From NCBI GenBank assembly GCA_044223005.1, contig JBGAML010000004.1, positions 232,920 to 296,919 of the forward strand: a DNA stretch of 64,000 bases, read 5' to 3'. Under the pieces are notes generated by a model. It had not been told where the DNA came from, searched no databases, and was given only the letters and a program-made list of their open reading frames with translations. The stretch comes from Candidatus Eiseniibacteriota bacterium. GTDB lineage: Bacteria; Eisenbacteria; RBG-16-71-46. Below are positions 12,338-21,902 of this stretch, one piece after another. How positions within the stretch are numbered: the stretch's first letter is position 1; every line of letters starts with the position of its first letter. The position numbers and the translations under genes were made by a program.

Positions 12338-14656
12338 CTAGAACTTGAGCGTGAACCCGCCCACGGGGAAGAAGCGGATCTGGTCCAGCGCCTCGACCTG
12401 CCGCGTCTTGGTGTTCCACACGTAGAGGAACACGTTGCGGCGGTCGAACACGTTCTGTGCCTCGAAGAACCACGTGTAGTCGAGCCCGAAGAGCCGCGTG
12501 TGCCGGTCCACGCGCACGTCGGTGCGCTGGTACTCCTTGGTCCGCGACGCGTTCACGCGCGTGAGGTCGTCGATGTAGCGGTTCTGCTGCGCCGAGGCCG
12601 GCTGCAGCGGCGGCGTGAACGGCCGGCCGCTCGCGTACGAGACGTGCGTCGAGAGCTCCCACCGCGGTGCCGGGCGCCAGCCGAGGATCAGGTTCGCCGT
12701 GCTCGGCGAGTCGTAGGCGCCGCGACGCATCACGCCGTCGAGCGCGCGGTGCCGGGTGCGCGAGTACGCGTACGACGCCTGCCCGTACCAGCGGCCCGCG
12801 AGCTTCTTCTGCGCATAGAACTCGATCCCGCGCGAGCGGCCGCGGCCGGCGCTCACGTACGGCATCAGCAGGCCGTACACGCCGTACTGGTCGCCCGTGT
12901 TGGCGAGCGTGAGCGTGGGGTAGTCGCGCGCCACGGGATAGTCCGCGTACTCCTTGTCGTACGCCTCGAGCGTCACGCGCAGGTCGGGCCGCGGCAGGTA
13001 CTGCAGCCCCGCGACGTAGTGGTCCGCGCGCATCGGCGCGAGCGAACGGTTCTCGCGGAACGTCTCGACGATCGCGAGGATCGGCTCCTGGTGGTAGCGG
13101 CCGTAGGAGAGATTGAGGTCGAGCCACGGCGTCAGGTGCGTGGTCAGGCCCGCGCGCGGCGCGAACGCCGTCGCGTCGATCGCCTCGAAGCGTTCGGCGA
13201 CCCCGCCCAGCGTGAGGTCGCTCGCGCGCCCGAGGTGCCACGTGGCCTGCGCGTGCGCCGCCAGGTCCCACGAGGACGCTTCCTGCGCGAGGTCGACCGC
13301 GTTGACGCGCGTCGTGTCGGTCGAGAACGGGTTCTGCGTGCCGTAGGGCTGCTCGATCCGCAGCGACTCGCGCAGGCGCTTCGCCTGCGCGCCGAGCTTG
13401 AAGTCGCCCGCGCCGGTGCGCAGCGCGGCGTCGTACTTGACCGTCGTCTCGCCCTCGGTCGAGAGGTTGCGGAAGCCCATCGCGCCGTCCAGTTCGCCGA
13501 GGAACGCCTCCACCTGATAGCGGCCCACGGCGTCGGAGACGCCGAACGTGCCCCAGCCGCGCGTGCCCCAGAGGTGCTGCCAGTTCGCGCCGGTGACCTG
13601 CCGCCAGCCCGAGACCGCGACGTCGTCGGTGTTGGGGTCGCTGGCGTCGGACGCATCCGGCTTGATGTGGATGTCGTCGCGCCCGCCGATCGCGACCAGC
13701 CAGAGCTTGTCGTTCGAATCGAGGTCGTACGAGCCCTTCCACTGCCAGTCGGTGGTGTGCGGCACGGCGGTGAGCCCGAACGAGCCCGCGAGCAGGTCGA
13801 GGTAGCTCTGCCGCACGCTGCCGACCCACGCGCCGCGCGTGCCGATCGGCCCTTCGCCCACCAGCCCCGCGCCCGCCGCGCTCAGGTCGAGCTGCGAGCG
13901 CATCCGCTCGCGGTCGCCGTCGCGCAGGCGCACGTCGAGCACGCTCGAGAGCCGGCCCGAGTACTCGGCCGGGAAGCCGCCCGCGAGGAACGTCGCGTCG
14001 CGCAGGAGCTCGTTGTCGAGCATGCTGATCGGCCCGCCCGAGGAACCCTGCGTGGCGAAGTGGTTGAGCGTCGGCACCTCGACGTTGTCGACGAGCGTCA
14101 GGTTCTCGCTCGGGCTGCCGCCGCGCGCGATGAGGTCGTTGCGCTGGTCGCTGGCCATCGCGAGCCCGGGCAGCGTCTGGATCAGGCGCAGCACGTCGCC
14201 GATCGCCCCGGGCGAGCGGCGGATCTCCTCGTACGAGAGCTGGTAGCTGGTCGTCGGCACGTCGGCCGCGCGCGCGAAACCCTTCGCGTGCACTTCGACC
14301 TCCTGTGCCTTCACCGCTTCGATCTCGAGTTCGAAGTCCGCCTGCGTGCCGCGATTGGCCGTGACGACCACGTCGGAGCGCACGAGCGCCGGGTAGTCGA
14401 TGCGCCACGCGCGCAGCTGCCACGAGCCCTCGGGCACCTGCGCGATCGCGAACCGGCCGTCCTCGCCGGTCATGGCGCCGAGCGTGGTGCCGACCACGTT
14501 CACGCTCGCACCGGCGATCGGCTGGTGCGTCGTGTGGTCCGTGACGAGGCCGCGAACCGCGCCCTTGCCCGGCGTGGTCGGGACGGCGTGGGCCGGCGCG
14601 CCGGACCCGAGCAGGAAACCCGCGAACAACAGCGTCGAAAGAGCGAGGCAGCGCAT
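12338..14656 (-). CDS. TonB-dependent receptor with N-terminal carboxypeptidase-regulatory-like domain
   Basis: GGAG RBS before ATG 14656, signal peptide, plug region RNDLIARGGSPSEN, alternating beta-strands, C-terminal Phe (GFTLKF). Confidence 0.92.
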   Translation of the reverse strand: MRCLALSTLLFAGFLLGSGAPAHAVPTTPGKGAVRGLVTDHTTHQPIAGASVNVVGTTLGAMTGEDGRFAIAQVPEGSWQLRAWRIDYPALVRSDVVVTANRGTQADFELEIEAVKAQEVEVHAKGFARAADVPTTSYQLSYEEIRRSPGAIGDVLRLIQTLPGLAMASDQRNDLIARGGSPSENLTLVDNVEVPTLNHFATQGSSGGPISMLDNELLRDATFLAGGFPAEYSGRLSSVLDVRLRDGDRERMRSQLDLSAAGAGLVGEGPIGTRGAWVGSVRQSYLDLLAGSFGLTAVPHTTDWQWKGSYDLDSNDKLWLVAIGGRDDIHIKPDASDASDPNTDDVAVSGWRQVTGANWQHLWGTRGWGTFGVSDAVGRYQVEAFLGELDGAMGFRNLSTEGETTVKYDAALRTGAGDFKLGAQAKRLRESLRIEQPYGTQNPFSTDTTRVNAVDLAQEASSWDLAAHAQATWHLGRASDLTLGGVAERFEAIDATAFAPRAGLTTHLTPWLDLNLSYGRYHQEPILAIVETFRENRSLAPMRADHYVAGLQYLPRPDLRVTLEAYDKEYADYPVARDYPTLTLANTGDQYGVYGLLMPYVSAGRGRSRGIEFYAQKKLAGRWYGQASYAYSRTRHRALDGVMRRGAYDSPSTANLILGWRPAPRWELSTHVSYASGRPFTPPLQPASAQQNRYIDDLTRVNASRTKEYQRTDVRVDRHTRLFGLDYTWFFEAQNVFDRRNVFLYVWNTKTRQVEALDQIRFFPVGGFTLKF

Positions 14657-14690
14657 GATCGGTGCTCCGATGGTGACTGATGGTCTGTGA

Positions 14691-14705
14691 AATAACGGTG
14701 TTAAC
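14691..14705. promoter_or_regulatory. Candidate TetR operator, copy 2 (AATAACGGTGTTAAC)
   Basis: 12/15 identical to the palindrome upstream of tetR; lies 35 bp upstream of the TBDR start. Confidence 0.6.
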
Positions 14706-14729
14706 TGCGTTGCCAAAAAAGTGTTTCGA

Positions 14730-15380
14730 TCAGGATTCGAGCCCCGCCTCCGCGAGCGAGAACGCGCTCGAGATCATCGCCTCGCGCGTCGCCTCGTCGC
14801 CGAGGTCGGGCATCGCCAGGCAGAGCGAAACCACGCCGTGCATGAGCGCCCAGAGCGAGAGTGCCGTCCCCTGCACGTCGCGCGCGCGGATCGCGCCGGT
14901 GGACATGGCCCGATCGACCGCGGTGACGAGCAGCTCGAACGCGCTTTCGCCGCACTCGCGCTCCAACTGCTCGGGAGGGATACGGCTCCACACGTCGGAG
15001 CGTTGCATGAAGAGCACGCGGTACATGACCGGGTGATCGAGCCCGAAGCGCACGTACGCGCGGCCCAGCGCCTCGATCTGCGCGGCCGGATCGGGTGTCT
15101 CGGCCGCGGCCGCGCGCAGCGCCTGCGCGAATGCGGCGAAGCCTTCGAGCAGGATCGCGATCACGAGCTCGTCCTTGTCGCGGAAGTAGCGGTAGATCGT
15201 CGTCGGCGTGTAGCCGATCCGCTCCGCGAGCCGGCGCAGCGAGAAACCCTCGTAGCCGCCCTCGTCGAGCAGCTCGGCGGCGGCGCGGAACACCACGTCG
15301 CGCGTGCTCGTCTTGTGCTCGGCGCGGCGCTTCGCGCTGGCGGAACGGACGCGCTGCGTGAGGGTGGTGCGGGAAGGCAT
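14730..15380 (-). CDS. TetR/AcrR family regulator (WHG-like C-terminal domain)
   Basis: HTH FSLRRLAERIGYTPTTIYRYFRDKDEL, LWALMHGVVSL. Confidence 0.93.
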   Translation of the reverse strand: MPSRTTLTQRVRSASAKRRAEHKTSTRDVVFRAAAELLDEGGYEGFSLRRLAERIGYTPTTIYRYFRDKDELVIAILLEGFAAFAQALRAAAAETPDPAAQIEALGRAYVRFGLDHPVMYRVLFMQRSDVWSRIPPEQLERECGESAFELLVTAVDRAMSTGAIRARDVQGTALSLWALMHGVVSLCLAMPDLGDEATREAMISSAFSLAEAGLES

Positions 15381-15434
15381 CTGGGGTGGCTCCCTGGGGT
15401 GCGGACCCGGCGACCGGACTGGCCGTCGCGGCGA

Positions 15435-15449
15435 GTTAACAGTGTTAAC
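15435..15449. promoter_or_regulatory. Candidate TetR operator, copy 1 (GTTAACA-G-TGTTAAC)
   Basis: Perfect 7-bp AT-rich inverted repeat 55 bp upstream of tetR, in a GC-rich background. Confidence 0.65.
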
Positions 15450-15544
15450 CTACTCTCTGAGTCGCCCCGGGGCAAGTTCGATCGCCGCGGCTGTGGGGCC
15501 CCCGGCCTCGTGCGGCCGCCGCGGCTGCTAGGATCGGCGCCCGC

Positions 15545-17446
15545 ATGAGCACGCTCCCCGGTTCGCGCCTCGCCATCGTCGGCACCGCCGGCCACATCGA
15601 CCACGGCAAGACCGCCCTCGTCCGGCGGCTGACCGGCGTCGACACCGACCGGCTGCCCGAAGAGAAGAAGCGCGGCATCAGCATCGACCTCGGCTTCGCG
15701 CCGCTCGTGACGCCTGCCGGCGTGCGCGTCGGGCTGGTGGACGTGCCCGGGCACGAGCGGTTCGTGAAGAACATGCTCGCCGGTGTCGGCGGCGTGGACC
15801 TCGTGCTGCTGGTGATCGCCGCCGACGAGGGTGTCATGCCGCAGACGCGCGAGCACCTGGCGATCGTGCGGCTGCTCGGCGTCACGCGCGGCGTGGTGGT
15901 GCTCACCAAGCGCGACCTCGTGGACGCCGAGTGGGCGCAGATGGTGGCGAAGGACGTGCGCGGTCTGCTCGCAGGTGGCCCGCTGGCCGACGCGCCGATC
16001 GTCGAGTTCTCCGCCGTCACCGGCGCCGGAACGCCCGAACTGCTCGCCGCGATCGACGCCGCTCTCGCCGGTGCGCCCGCGCGCGCCGACGCCGAGCCCG
16101 CGCGCCTGCCCGTGGACCGCGTGTTCACCGTGGAAGGCTTCGGCACCGTGGTGACCGGCACGCTCTGGCGCGGCACGATCCGCACCGGCGATGCGCTGCA
16201 GCTGCTGCCGCGCGAGCGCGACGTGCGCGTGCGCCGCGTGCAGGTGCACGGCGAAACCGTGGACGCGGCGCGCGCCGGCCAGCGCACCGCCGTGGCGCTG
16301 CACGGCGTGAGCAAGGAGGAGGTCGAGCGCGGCGACTGGCTGCTCGCGCCCGGATCGCTGGCCGCCTCGCGGATCCTGGACGTGCGGTTCGAGCTGCTGG
16401 CCGACTACCCGCGCGAATGGAAGGTGGACCAGCGCGTGCGCTTCCACCTCGGCGCGAGTGAAGTGATCGGCCGGCTCGTGCTGTTCGCCGACGCGCCCCT
16501 GCGCGCAGGCGAGACCGCGCTCGGCCAGGTGCGGCTGGAGCGCGCCGCCGTGGCCGCGCGTGGCGACCGGTTCGTGATCCGCAGCTACTCGCCGAGCCGC
16601 ACGGTGGGCGGCGGCAGCGTGATCGAGCCCGTCGCGAAGCGCCGCCGCCGCGCCGACGCCGGGCTCGAGCAGATGGAGGTGCACGAGAGCGGCTCGCTGG
16701 AAGCGCGGCTGCTCGAGAAGCTGGCCGGCATGGAGAAGATCGCGAGCAGCGAAGTACTCGCGCAGGCCGTCGGCGAGCCCGTCGCCGCGGTGGGCGAGGC
16801 GCTCGAGCGGCTCGCCCGCGAAGGCAGCGTCGCCACGCCCGCCGCCGGGCGCTGGGTGGGCGACGACCGCTGGAGCAGCACGCGCGAACGGATCGAGCAC
16901 GACGTGCGCGAATACGCCGAACGCCACGCGGCGCGCTACGGGATCATGAAGGGCGAACTGAAGAGCGCCCTGAAGCCCGTGATGGACGGCGCCCTGTTCG
17001 ACGCCGCATTCGCCTCGCTGGTCGCCGACGCCACGATCGAGCAGAAGGGCGAACGCGTGCGCCCCGGCGGCGTGCCGTGGGAGCCGCCCGCCGAGACGCT
17101 GCGCCAGCTCGAGGCCTTGGAGGCCGAGCTCGAGTCGGCCGGCTACCTCGTACCCGAGGTGCCCGCGTGGAGCGCCAAGCTGGGCAGCACCGCCGGCGAA
17201 GTCGCCGCGCTGGGCTACTTCCTGGGCCGCCTCGTGCGCGTGTCGCAGGAGCTGACGTACACCGCGAAGCAGATGGCGACGCTGCGCGCGAAGCTGAACG
17301 AGTGGTTCGCCACGCACCCCACGCTGACGGTGGGCGATTTCCGCAGCTTCACTGACGCGTCGAGGAAGTACGCGGTCCCGCTACTGGAGCACTGCGATCG
17401 GCTCGGCTGGACGGTCCGCGTGGGCGACGAGCGGCGGAAGGGGTAG
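15545..17446 (+). CDS. selB: Selenocysteine-specific elongation factor
   Basis: [33 protein letters not shown]-terminal winged helix [19 protein letters not shown]. Confidence 0.96.
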   Translation: MSTLPGSRLAIVGTAGHIDHGKTALVRRLTGVDTDRLPEEKKRGISIDLGFAPLVTPAGVRVGLVDVPGHERFVKNMLAGVGGVDLVLLVIAADEGVMPQTREHLAIVRLLGVTRGVVVLTKRDLVDAEWAQMVAKDVRGLLAGGPLADAPIVEFSAVTGAGTPELLAAIDAALAGAPARADAEPARLPVDRVFTVEGFGTVVTGTLWRGTIRTGDALQLLPRERDVRVRRVQVHGETVDAARAGQRTAVALHGVSKEEVERGDWLLAPGSLAASRILDVRFELLADYPREWKVDQRVRFHLGASEVIGRLVLFADAPLRAGETALGQVRLERAAVAARGDRFVIRSYSPSRTVGGGSVIEPVAKRRRRADAGLEQMEVHESGSLEARLLEKLAGMEKIASSEVLAQAVGEPVAAVGEALERLAREGSVATPAAGRWVGDDRWSSTRERIEHDVREYAERHAARYGIMKGELKSALKPVMDGALFDAAFASLVADATIEQKGERVRPGGVPWEPPAETLRQLEALEAELESAGYLVPEVPAWSAKLGSTAGEVAALGYFLGRLVRVSQELTYTAKQMATLRAKLNEWFATHPTLTVGDFRSFTDASRKYAVPLLEHCDRLGWTVRVGDERRKG

Positions 17447-17455
17447 GCTTGAGTC

Positions 17456-18319
17456 ATGAGTAGCGAGCCCTACTTCGGGGAGATCCCGGGCATTCCCCCT
17501 GGTACTGGTTTCTCGGACCGCCGAGCACTTGCCGAGGCCCGAGTACACCGACACCTGCAAGCGGGAATTACTGGCAGGGCCGAACTGGGCGCTGAGTCAA
17601 TCGTCTTGAGCGGTGGCTATGAGGATGACAAAGACGGAGGAGCTTGGATCCTCTACACGGGCTTTGGCGGCCAGGATCCCTCGTCGCGCAAGCAGATCGC
17701 AAATCAGGAGCTAATAGGTGGGAATCTAGCGCTCGCCAAGAGCTGTCTTGACGGGTCGCCAGTACGCGTAGTGCGGGGAGCCGGACTACGCTCAGAGTTT
17801 TCTCCGAGGTCTGGCTACGTGTACTCAGGTTTGTTTCGAGTTGACGACTACTGGCCTGCGATAGGCAGCTCGGGGTTCACGATCTGGCGGTTCCTACTGA
17901 CTGCAGTTGAGGCGTATTCACCCCAACTGGTTCCGGGGCCGACTGGTCAGCAAGTCGCGGCCGACCGCCGACTCGTCACAGTCGAGCGAATCGTACGAAG
18001 CTCGCCGACGGCGCTCATGATCAAACGCCTCTACAACTACACCTGCCAAGTTTGCACCACTCGCTTGGCAACCAATGCAGGGCCGTATGCTGAGGGGGCA
18101 CATATTCGACCGCTTGGCAGACCACACGACGGTCCGGACTCACCTTCGAACATCCTCTGCCTTTGTCCGAACCACCACGTGCTGCTGGATCGAGGAGGCT
18201 TCGCGATCGACAAGGACATGAGCCTCATCGGATTGTCTGGACGGCTGCTGATAAGCAAACAGCACAACTTGGATGAGGTACACCTTGCCTATCACCGGAG
18301 CCGCATTCTCCTAGCCTAG
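17456..18319 (+). CDS. SRA/YDG-HNH endonuclease (putative modified-cytosine-dependent type IV restriction enzyme)
   Basis: SRA: FGEIPG, VHRHLQAGI, SIVLSGGYEDD, YTGFGG, PVRVVRG. HNH/Zn: CQVC, EGAHIRPL, NILCLCPNHH. Visibly lower GC than the flanks. Confidence 0.9.
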   Translation: MSSEPYFGEIPGIPPGTGFSDRRALAEARVHRHLQAGITGRAELGAESIVLSGGYEDDKDGGAWILYTGFGGQDPSSRKQIANQELIGGNLALAKSCLDGSPVRVVRGAGLRSEFSPRSGYVYSGLFRVDDYWPAIGSSGFTIWRFLLTAVEAYSPQLVPGPTGQQVAADRRLVTVERIVRSSPTALMIKRLYNYTCQVCTTRLATNAGPYAEGAHIRPLGRPHDGPDSPSNILCLCPNHHVLLDRGGFAIDKDMSLIGLSGRLLISKQHNLDEVHLAYHRSRILLA

Positions 18320-18389
18320 CGGTGGCCTCTTTGGCGGGCTTGATTGATGTCCCATTCCAGGCCAGGTTCGCGACATGCCCGCTCCGCGC

Positions 18390-18620
18390 ATGGCCCAGGA
18401 CATCGTAGACGTTCTCGTGAGCGACCTCGAGCTTGCGTTCGCCTTCTATTGCGCGGCGTCGGCGATCGTCGACGACTTCGAGGAGTTCGGGCCGCAGTTG
18501 ATGGGCACCGAGACGGGGGAATACGACGCGTCGACGCCGATCGGTCAGCTCCGAGCGACTCGCAACGAGTTGATCGCGCGGCTTCAGCAACTGTCGGAGT
18601 CGCGACGCTCGAGTTCCTAG
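18390..18620 (+). CDS. Small acidic hypothetical protein
   Basis: Protein-like composition, unlike the Arg/Ala-rich shadow ORFs. Start at 18375 or 18390. No recognisable motif. Confidence 0.4.
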   Translation: MAQDIVDVLVSDLELAFAFYCAASAIVDDFEEFGPQLMGTETGEYDASTPIGQLRATRNELIARLQQLSESRRSSS

Positions 18621-18634
18621 CCCCCAAAACATCT

Positions 18635-18664
18635 CGCCGCGTCGCACTTTCGTGCGGCGCGGCG
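18635..18664. terminator. Hairpin, possibly a bidirectional terminator
   Basis: Minus strand CGCCGCGCCGCAC-GAAA-GTGCGACGCGGCG followed by AGATGTTTT. Confidence 0.5.
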
Positions 18665-18800
18665 TTGGCGTCCTGGGTTGGGGAGAGGCGCGGTCCGCGA
18701 AGTGGGCCGGCGCGTGCTCGGGCCCGGGGGCGCTGCGGGCGGGCCGGTCACCCCTCGGGCCGGCTGCCCGGTCTGGCGAGACGCGTGTCGCGTCATCGGT

Positions 18801-18951
18801 GAAGAACAGGGGGGCGGAACTGTGCGATGTCCCCCGACCTCGCCAGTTCGGTCCGGAGTTCTTCGGCGCCCCCGCTTGCGCGTGAGCGTCGCTTCCCCCC
18901 GGGCGCGGGTCACCGCCCCCCAATGTCGGAAGGGCCACTTCGGCCCTTTCC
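18801..18951 (-). ncRNA. Candidate structured small RNA (no known family recognised)
   Basis: Begins just downstream of the ECF-like promoter copy. 5' hairpin GGAAAGGGCC/GGCCCTTCC, long-range GGGGGGCGG/CCGCCCCCC stem, internal hairpins, ends TGTTCTTC. No credible ORF. Confidence 0.4.
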
Positions 18952-18955
18952 GAAC

Positions 18956-18986
18956 ATTCGACGGCGCGTTCTACCGGATTCCGCAT
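18956..18986 (-). promoter_or_regulatory. ECF-type promoter-like element, copy A (ATGCGGAAT-N-CGTCGAAT)
   Basis: 26/31 identical to 21903-21933, with mismatches only in the middle. Confidence 0.65.
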
Positions 18987-19081
18987 TCCGAGTCCGGGTT
19001 TTCATACGAACGCCCGTCGCGGCCGCCGGCCGAGGCGCGGACTCAGGAGTACCGCCATGCTCCCGCGGGAGTGCGACGCGT

Positions 19082-21835
19082 TCAGCGCGGGCGTTCGCGC
19101 GTTTCGGCGATCGACCACGCGGCCCACACTCGCGGGGGCACGGGGACCTTCGCGCGCATGGCCTCGCGGCGGGCGTTCGCGAGCGCTGCGGCAGGGTCGG
19201 CCTCGATGGCCGCGCTGGCGACGAACCGGCTCATGAACTCGCGCGTTTCCTCGTCGCCCACGTCCCAGAAGCTGCGCACCACGGCGCGTGCGCCGGCGTC
19301 GAGGAAGGCGTCACCCAGGCCGGGCCCGGGCTGCTCGTCGGTGCGGTAGGGCGCACCGCTCGCGCACGAGGCGAGCACGGCGAGCCGGCACGCCGACAGG
19401 TCGAGGGCGCGAACGTCGCGCGCTTCCACCATGGGCGGTGCAAAGTCGGTGCGCGCGCCGGCTGCCAGCGGAATGAACCCGAGGAACGGGGCGGCGGGAT
19501 CATGCACGTGATGTGCGGCGATGTAGACGTACTCCGCTCGCGGCACGGCCTCGAGGAACGCGGTCCGCGTGGCGCCGGCACCGCGCAGCAGCGTGGCCTC
19601 GGGCCAGCGCTGGAGCGCCGCCTGCGATTCGGCGTCCGACCCGCGCAGTGATCCGCTCCACGCGTAGCGGCGTACGAGTCCCGCGGGGACCGTGGGGTTC
19701 GCCACGATCACGGCTTCGCGCGCGTCGTGTGTCGCACGCACGGACCAGCCGGCCTCGTAGACGATGTCGGTGATTTCGGCCAGCGGCGATCCGCCCTCCC
19801 GTGCAGGCGCCACCAGCGCGCCGAACGGTAGCATCAGCAGCGGGCCGTCGGGCGAGATCTCGATTCGCGCCGGCGTCCGCGCGTCGCGGACGATCTCGGT
19901 CGGCAGCAGTTCCCGCGCGAGCCGCGTCAGCAGGGCTTCGGCGCGCGGCCCGAGCACGCGGCCCGCGGCAGGCGCTTCGGTGCGCAACGCGGCGACGGTG
20001 CGCCTCACCTCCGCGAGGCACGAGTCCGCACCGAGCGCGAGCGTGTCGAGCACGACGCCGCGCGCGGTCGCGGTCCAGCGCAGTAGGTGGCCAGACGTGA
20101 AGCGATAGACGAAATGCGTGCCGGGGCCGGGGTGGCGTATCGGCGCGAACGGGTCCGATCGCGTGAATGCGCCGCGGCGCGCGAGGGAGCGCCACTCCAT
20201 CTCGAATCCGTACCCGGCCGCGGGAGCGAGGCGCGCCAGTTCGTGCACGGCATCGCGCGGCGAGAGCCCGGTGGCCTCGCACATGCCGAGCCCGCGGATG
20301 CCTTCGCGATCCGGCCCCTCGCGCCCGAGTACGCCCAGCACCTCGCGCAGCAGTGCGCGGCCGCCGGCGAGGTCGCCCGCGCGCAGCCGCAACCTCGCCC
20401 GCAGGACGCGCAGCGCCAGCCGGGCATCGCCGGCCTGCTCCGCGCCATCACGCTCGAGCCGCCGGGCGACGTCCGCTTCGGCGCGACGGGCGGCGTCGAA
20501 ATGGCCCAGCGCTTCCGCGGCACGGGCGTAGCGCAGCTCGAGCGGCAGCACCGCCTCGTCGACGTGCGCCGTATCGCAGTGCGCAAGGCCGCTCGCGCAC
20601 GTCCGTTCGGTCGTGACCCAGTCGCCGGCGCGCATCGCGCAGCGCGATTCGGCTTCGGCCATCACCGCGACGCCGATGCGACGCGAACTGTTCGGTGCGC
20701 CAGCGAGGTACGGCTGCACCTCGGCGCGAGCCTGGTCCGCCTGCCCGCGCCCGAACGCCGCCCGCGCCCGGAGCACCGCCGCGTCGAAGAGCGTCTTGTC
20801 GCGCTCGATGTCGACGAAGTGATTCGGGGCGTCGCGCATCAGCACGGGCAGGCGCTGGAGCGAGCGGTCCACCAGGTTCCAGCAGTCCATCTGCGCGAAC
20901 AGCTTCGCTTCGCGCACCACCAGGCGTGCGCGCGACTTGCCGACGCCGCGCGTTTCCACGAGCTCGACGGCGTCCATCAGCCGATCGGCGGCGGCCGCGG
21001 GCCGGCCCTCGTTCACTTCGTGCTGCGCCTGGAAGCTCGTCAGCCGGACGATCTGGTCCACGAAGGGGTGGGCGCGAGCCAGCGTCATCGCCTCGGCGAA
21101 GACCACCTGCGCCGAATCCTCGTGATTCCACTGACGGTGGTGTTCGGCGAGCTGGCCGAGAATCTGGCACGACATGTAGTCATCGTTCGCGAGTCGCGCG
21201 AGCGCGCGCGCGGCCTCGAGGTTCTGGCGAAACTCGGCGCGATGGCCGATCTCCATCTCCAGCTGCGCGGCGACGAAGTGGGCGTTCTCCATGCCGATCG
21301 AATCCCGCAGCGACCGGTAGCGCTCGAGGATTCCCCGCACGCCCCTCAGGCGGGCCGCGGGGGTGATCTTCGGATCGGACATCAGGTCGAAGATCGCGAT
21401 GCTCGTCCGCCGGACGCCGAAGTCCGACAGCGGATCTCGCCGCGCGTTGGCGCGCGCGTACTGCCCCGTCACCGAGAGCGAGAAGTCCCGCGCCAGTTCG
21501 TCTCCGATCTGGATCTGCAGGCCTTCGAGCAGGTCCCGCACTTCGAGGAAACGCGTGTACGGCCGCCGCGCCATGGCCCACTGCGCGACTTCGTAGGCGT
21601 CCATGAGCGGGCCGGTGCCCAAGGTCATGCAGTACGCCTGCCACCGGGCGTCGTCGTCGAAGCAGGCGTGCCGGACGGTCGTGGTGTCGAGCGCGGGAGC
21701 GGCGGCCAGCAGCTGCTCGAACCGGTGTTGCGCGCGGTATCGGCGCACGGCAGCCGGGAGGACGGCGAGCAGTGCGAGGCACGATGCGGCGACGATCGCG
21801 CCCCAGGCGATTCTCCGAGGGGAGGGAGTCAGCAT
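19082..21835 (-). CDS. Membrane-anchored TPR-like + CHAT (caspase-like) domain protein
   Basis: N-terminal hydrophobic helix IAWGAIVAASCLALLAVLPAAV, helical repeats, CHAT motifs ISPDGPLLMLPFGAL, YIAAHH, LAVLASCASG, AFLDAGARAVVRSFWDVGD, PRVWAAW. Confidence 0.9.
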   Translation of the reverse strand: MLTPSPRRIAWGAIVAASCLALLAVLPAAVRRYRAQHRFEQLLAAAPALDTTTVRHACFDDDARWQAYCMTLGTGPLMDAYEVAQWAMARRPYTRFLEVRDLLEGLQIQIGDELARDFSLSVTGQYARANARRDPLSDFGVRRTSIAIFDLMSDPKITPAARLRGVRGILERYRSLRDSIGMENAHFVAAQLEMEIGHRAEFRQNLEAARALARLANDDYMSCQILGQLAEHHRQWNHEDSAQVVFAEAMTLARAHPFVDQIVRLTSFQAQHEVNEGRPAAAADRLMDAVELVETRGVGKSRARLVVREAKLFAQMDCWNLVDRSLQRLPVLMRDAPNHFVDIERDKTLFDAAVLRARAAFGRGQADQARAEVQPYLAGAPNSSRRIGVAVMAEAESRCAMRAGDWVTTERTCASGLAHCDTAHVDEAVLPLELRYARAAEALGHFDAARRAEADVARRLERDGAEQAGDARLALRVLRARLRLRAGDLAGGRALLREVLGVLGREGPDREGIRGLGMCEATGLSPRDAVHELARLAPAAGYGFEMEWRSLARRGAFTRSDPFAPIRHPGPGTHFVYRFTSGHLLRWTATARGVVLDTLALGADSCLAEVRRTVAALRTEAPAAGRVLGPRAEALLTRLARELLPTEIVRDARTPARIEISPDGPLLMLPFGALVAPAREGGSPLAEITDIVYEAGWSVRATHDAREAVIVANPTVPAGLVRRYAWSGSLRGSDAESQAALQRWPEATLLRGAGATRTAFLEAVPRAEYVYIAAHHVHDPAAPFLGFIPLAAGARTDFAPPMVEARDVRALDLSACRLAVLASCASGAPYRTDEQPGPGLGDAFLDAGARAVVRSFWDVGDEETREFMSRFVASAAIEADPAAALANARREAMRAKVPVPPRVWAAWSIAETRERPR

Positions 21836-21902
21836 GCGCCGCGTGGGGTTCTCGGGGTAGTGAGCGTATCCCCCGGTCGAGGGACACACTCCATCGTGGG
21901 GT

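Noticed and set aside
1481..14680. Very long plus-strand ORFs (1481-5092, 5895-9068, 8906-14680) and similar overlapping ORFs elsewhere
   Set aside because: Arg/Ala/Gly-rich antisense or off-frame shadows of real genes, expected when stop codons are scarce at high GC.
18617..18913. Minus-strand 98-aa ORF as the target of promoter copy A
   Set aside because: Low-complexity Arg/Pro composition, no RBS, and it runs through strong hairpins. Not fully excluded.
15545..19080. tRNA-Sec, selA, selD or a selenoprotein near selB
   Set aside because: No cloverleaf with a UCA anticodon was seen, and no gene in the window appears to need TGA read-through.
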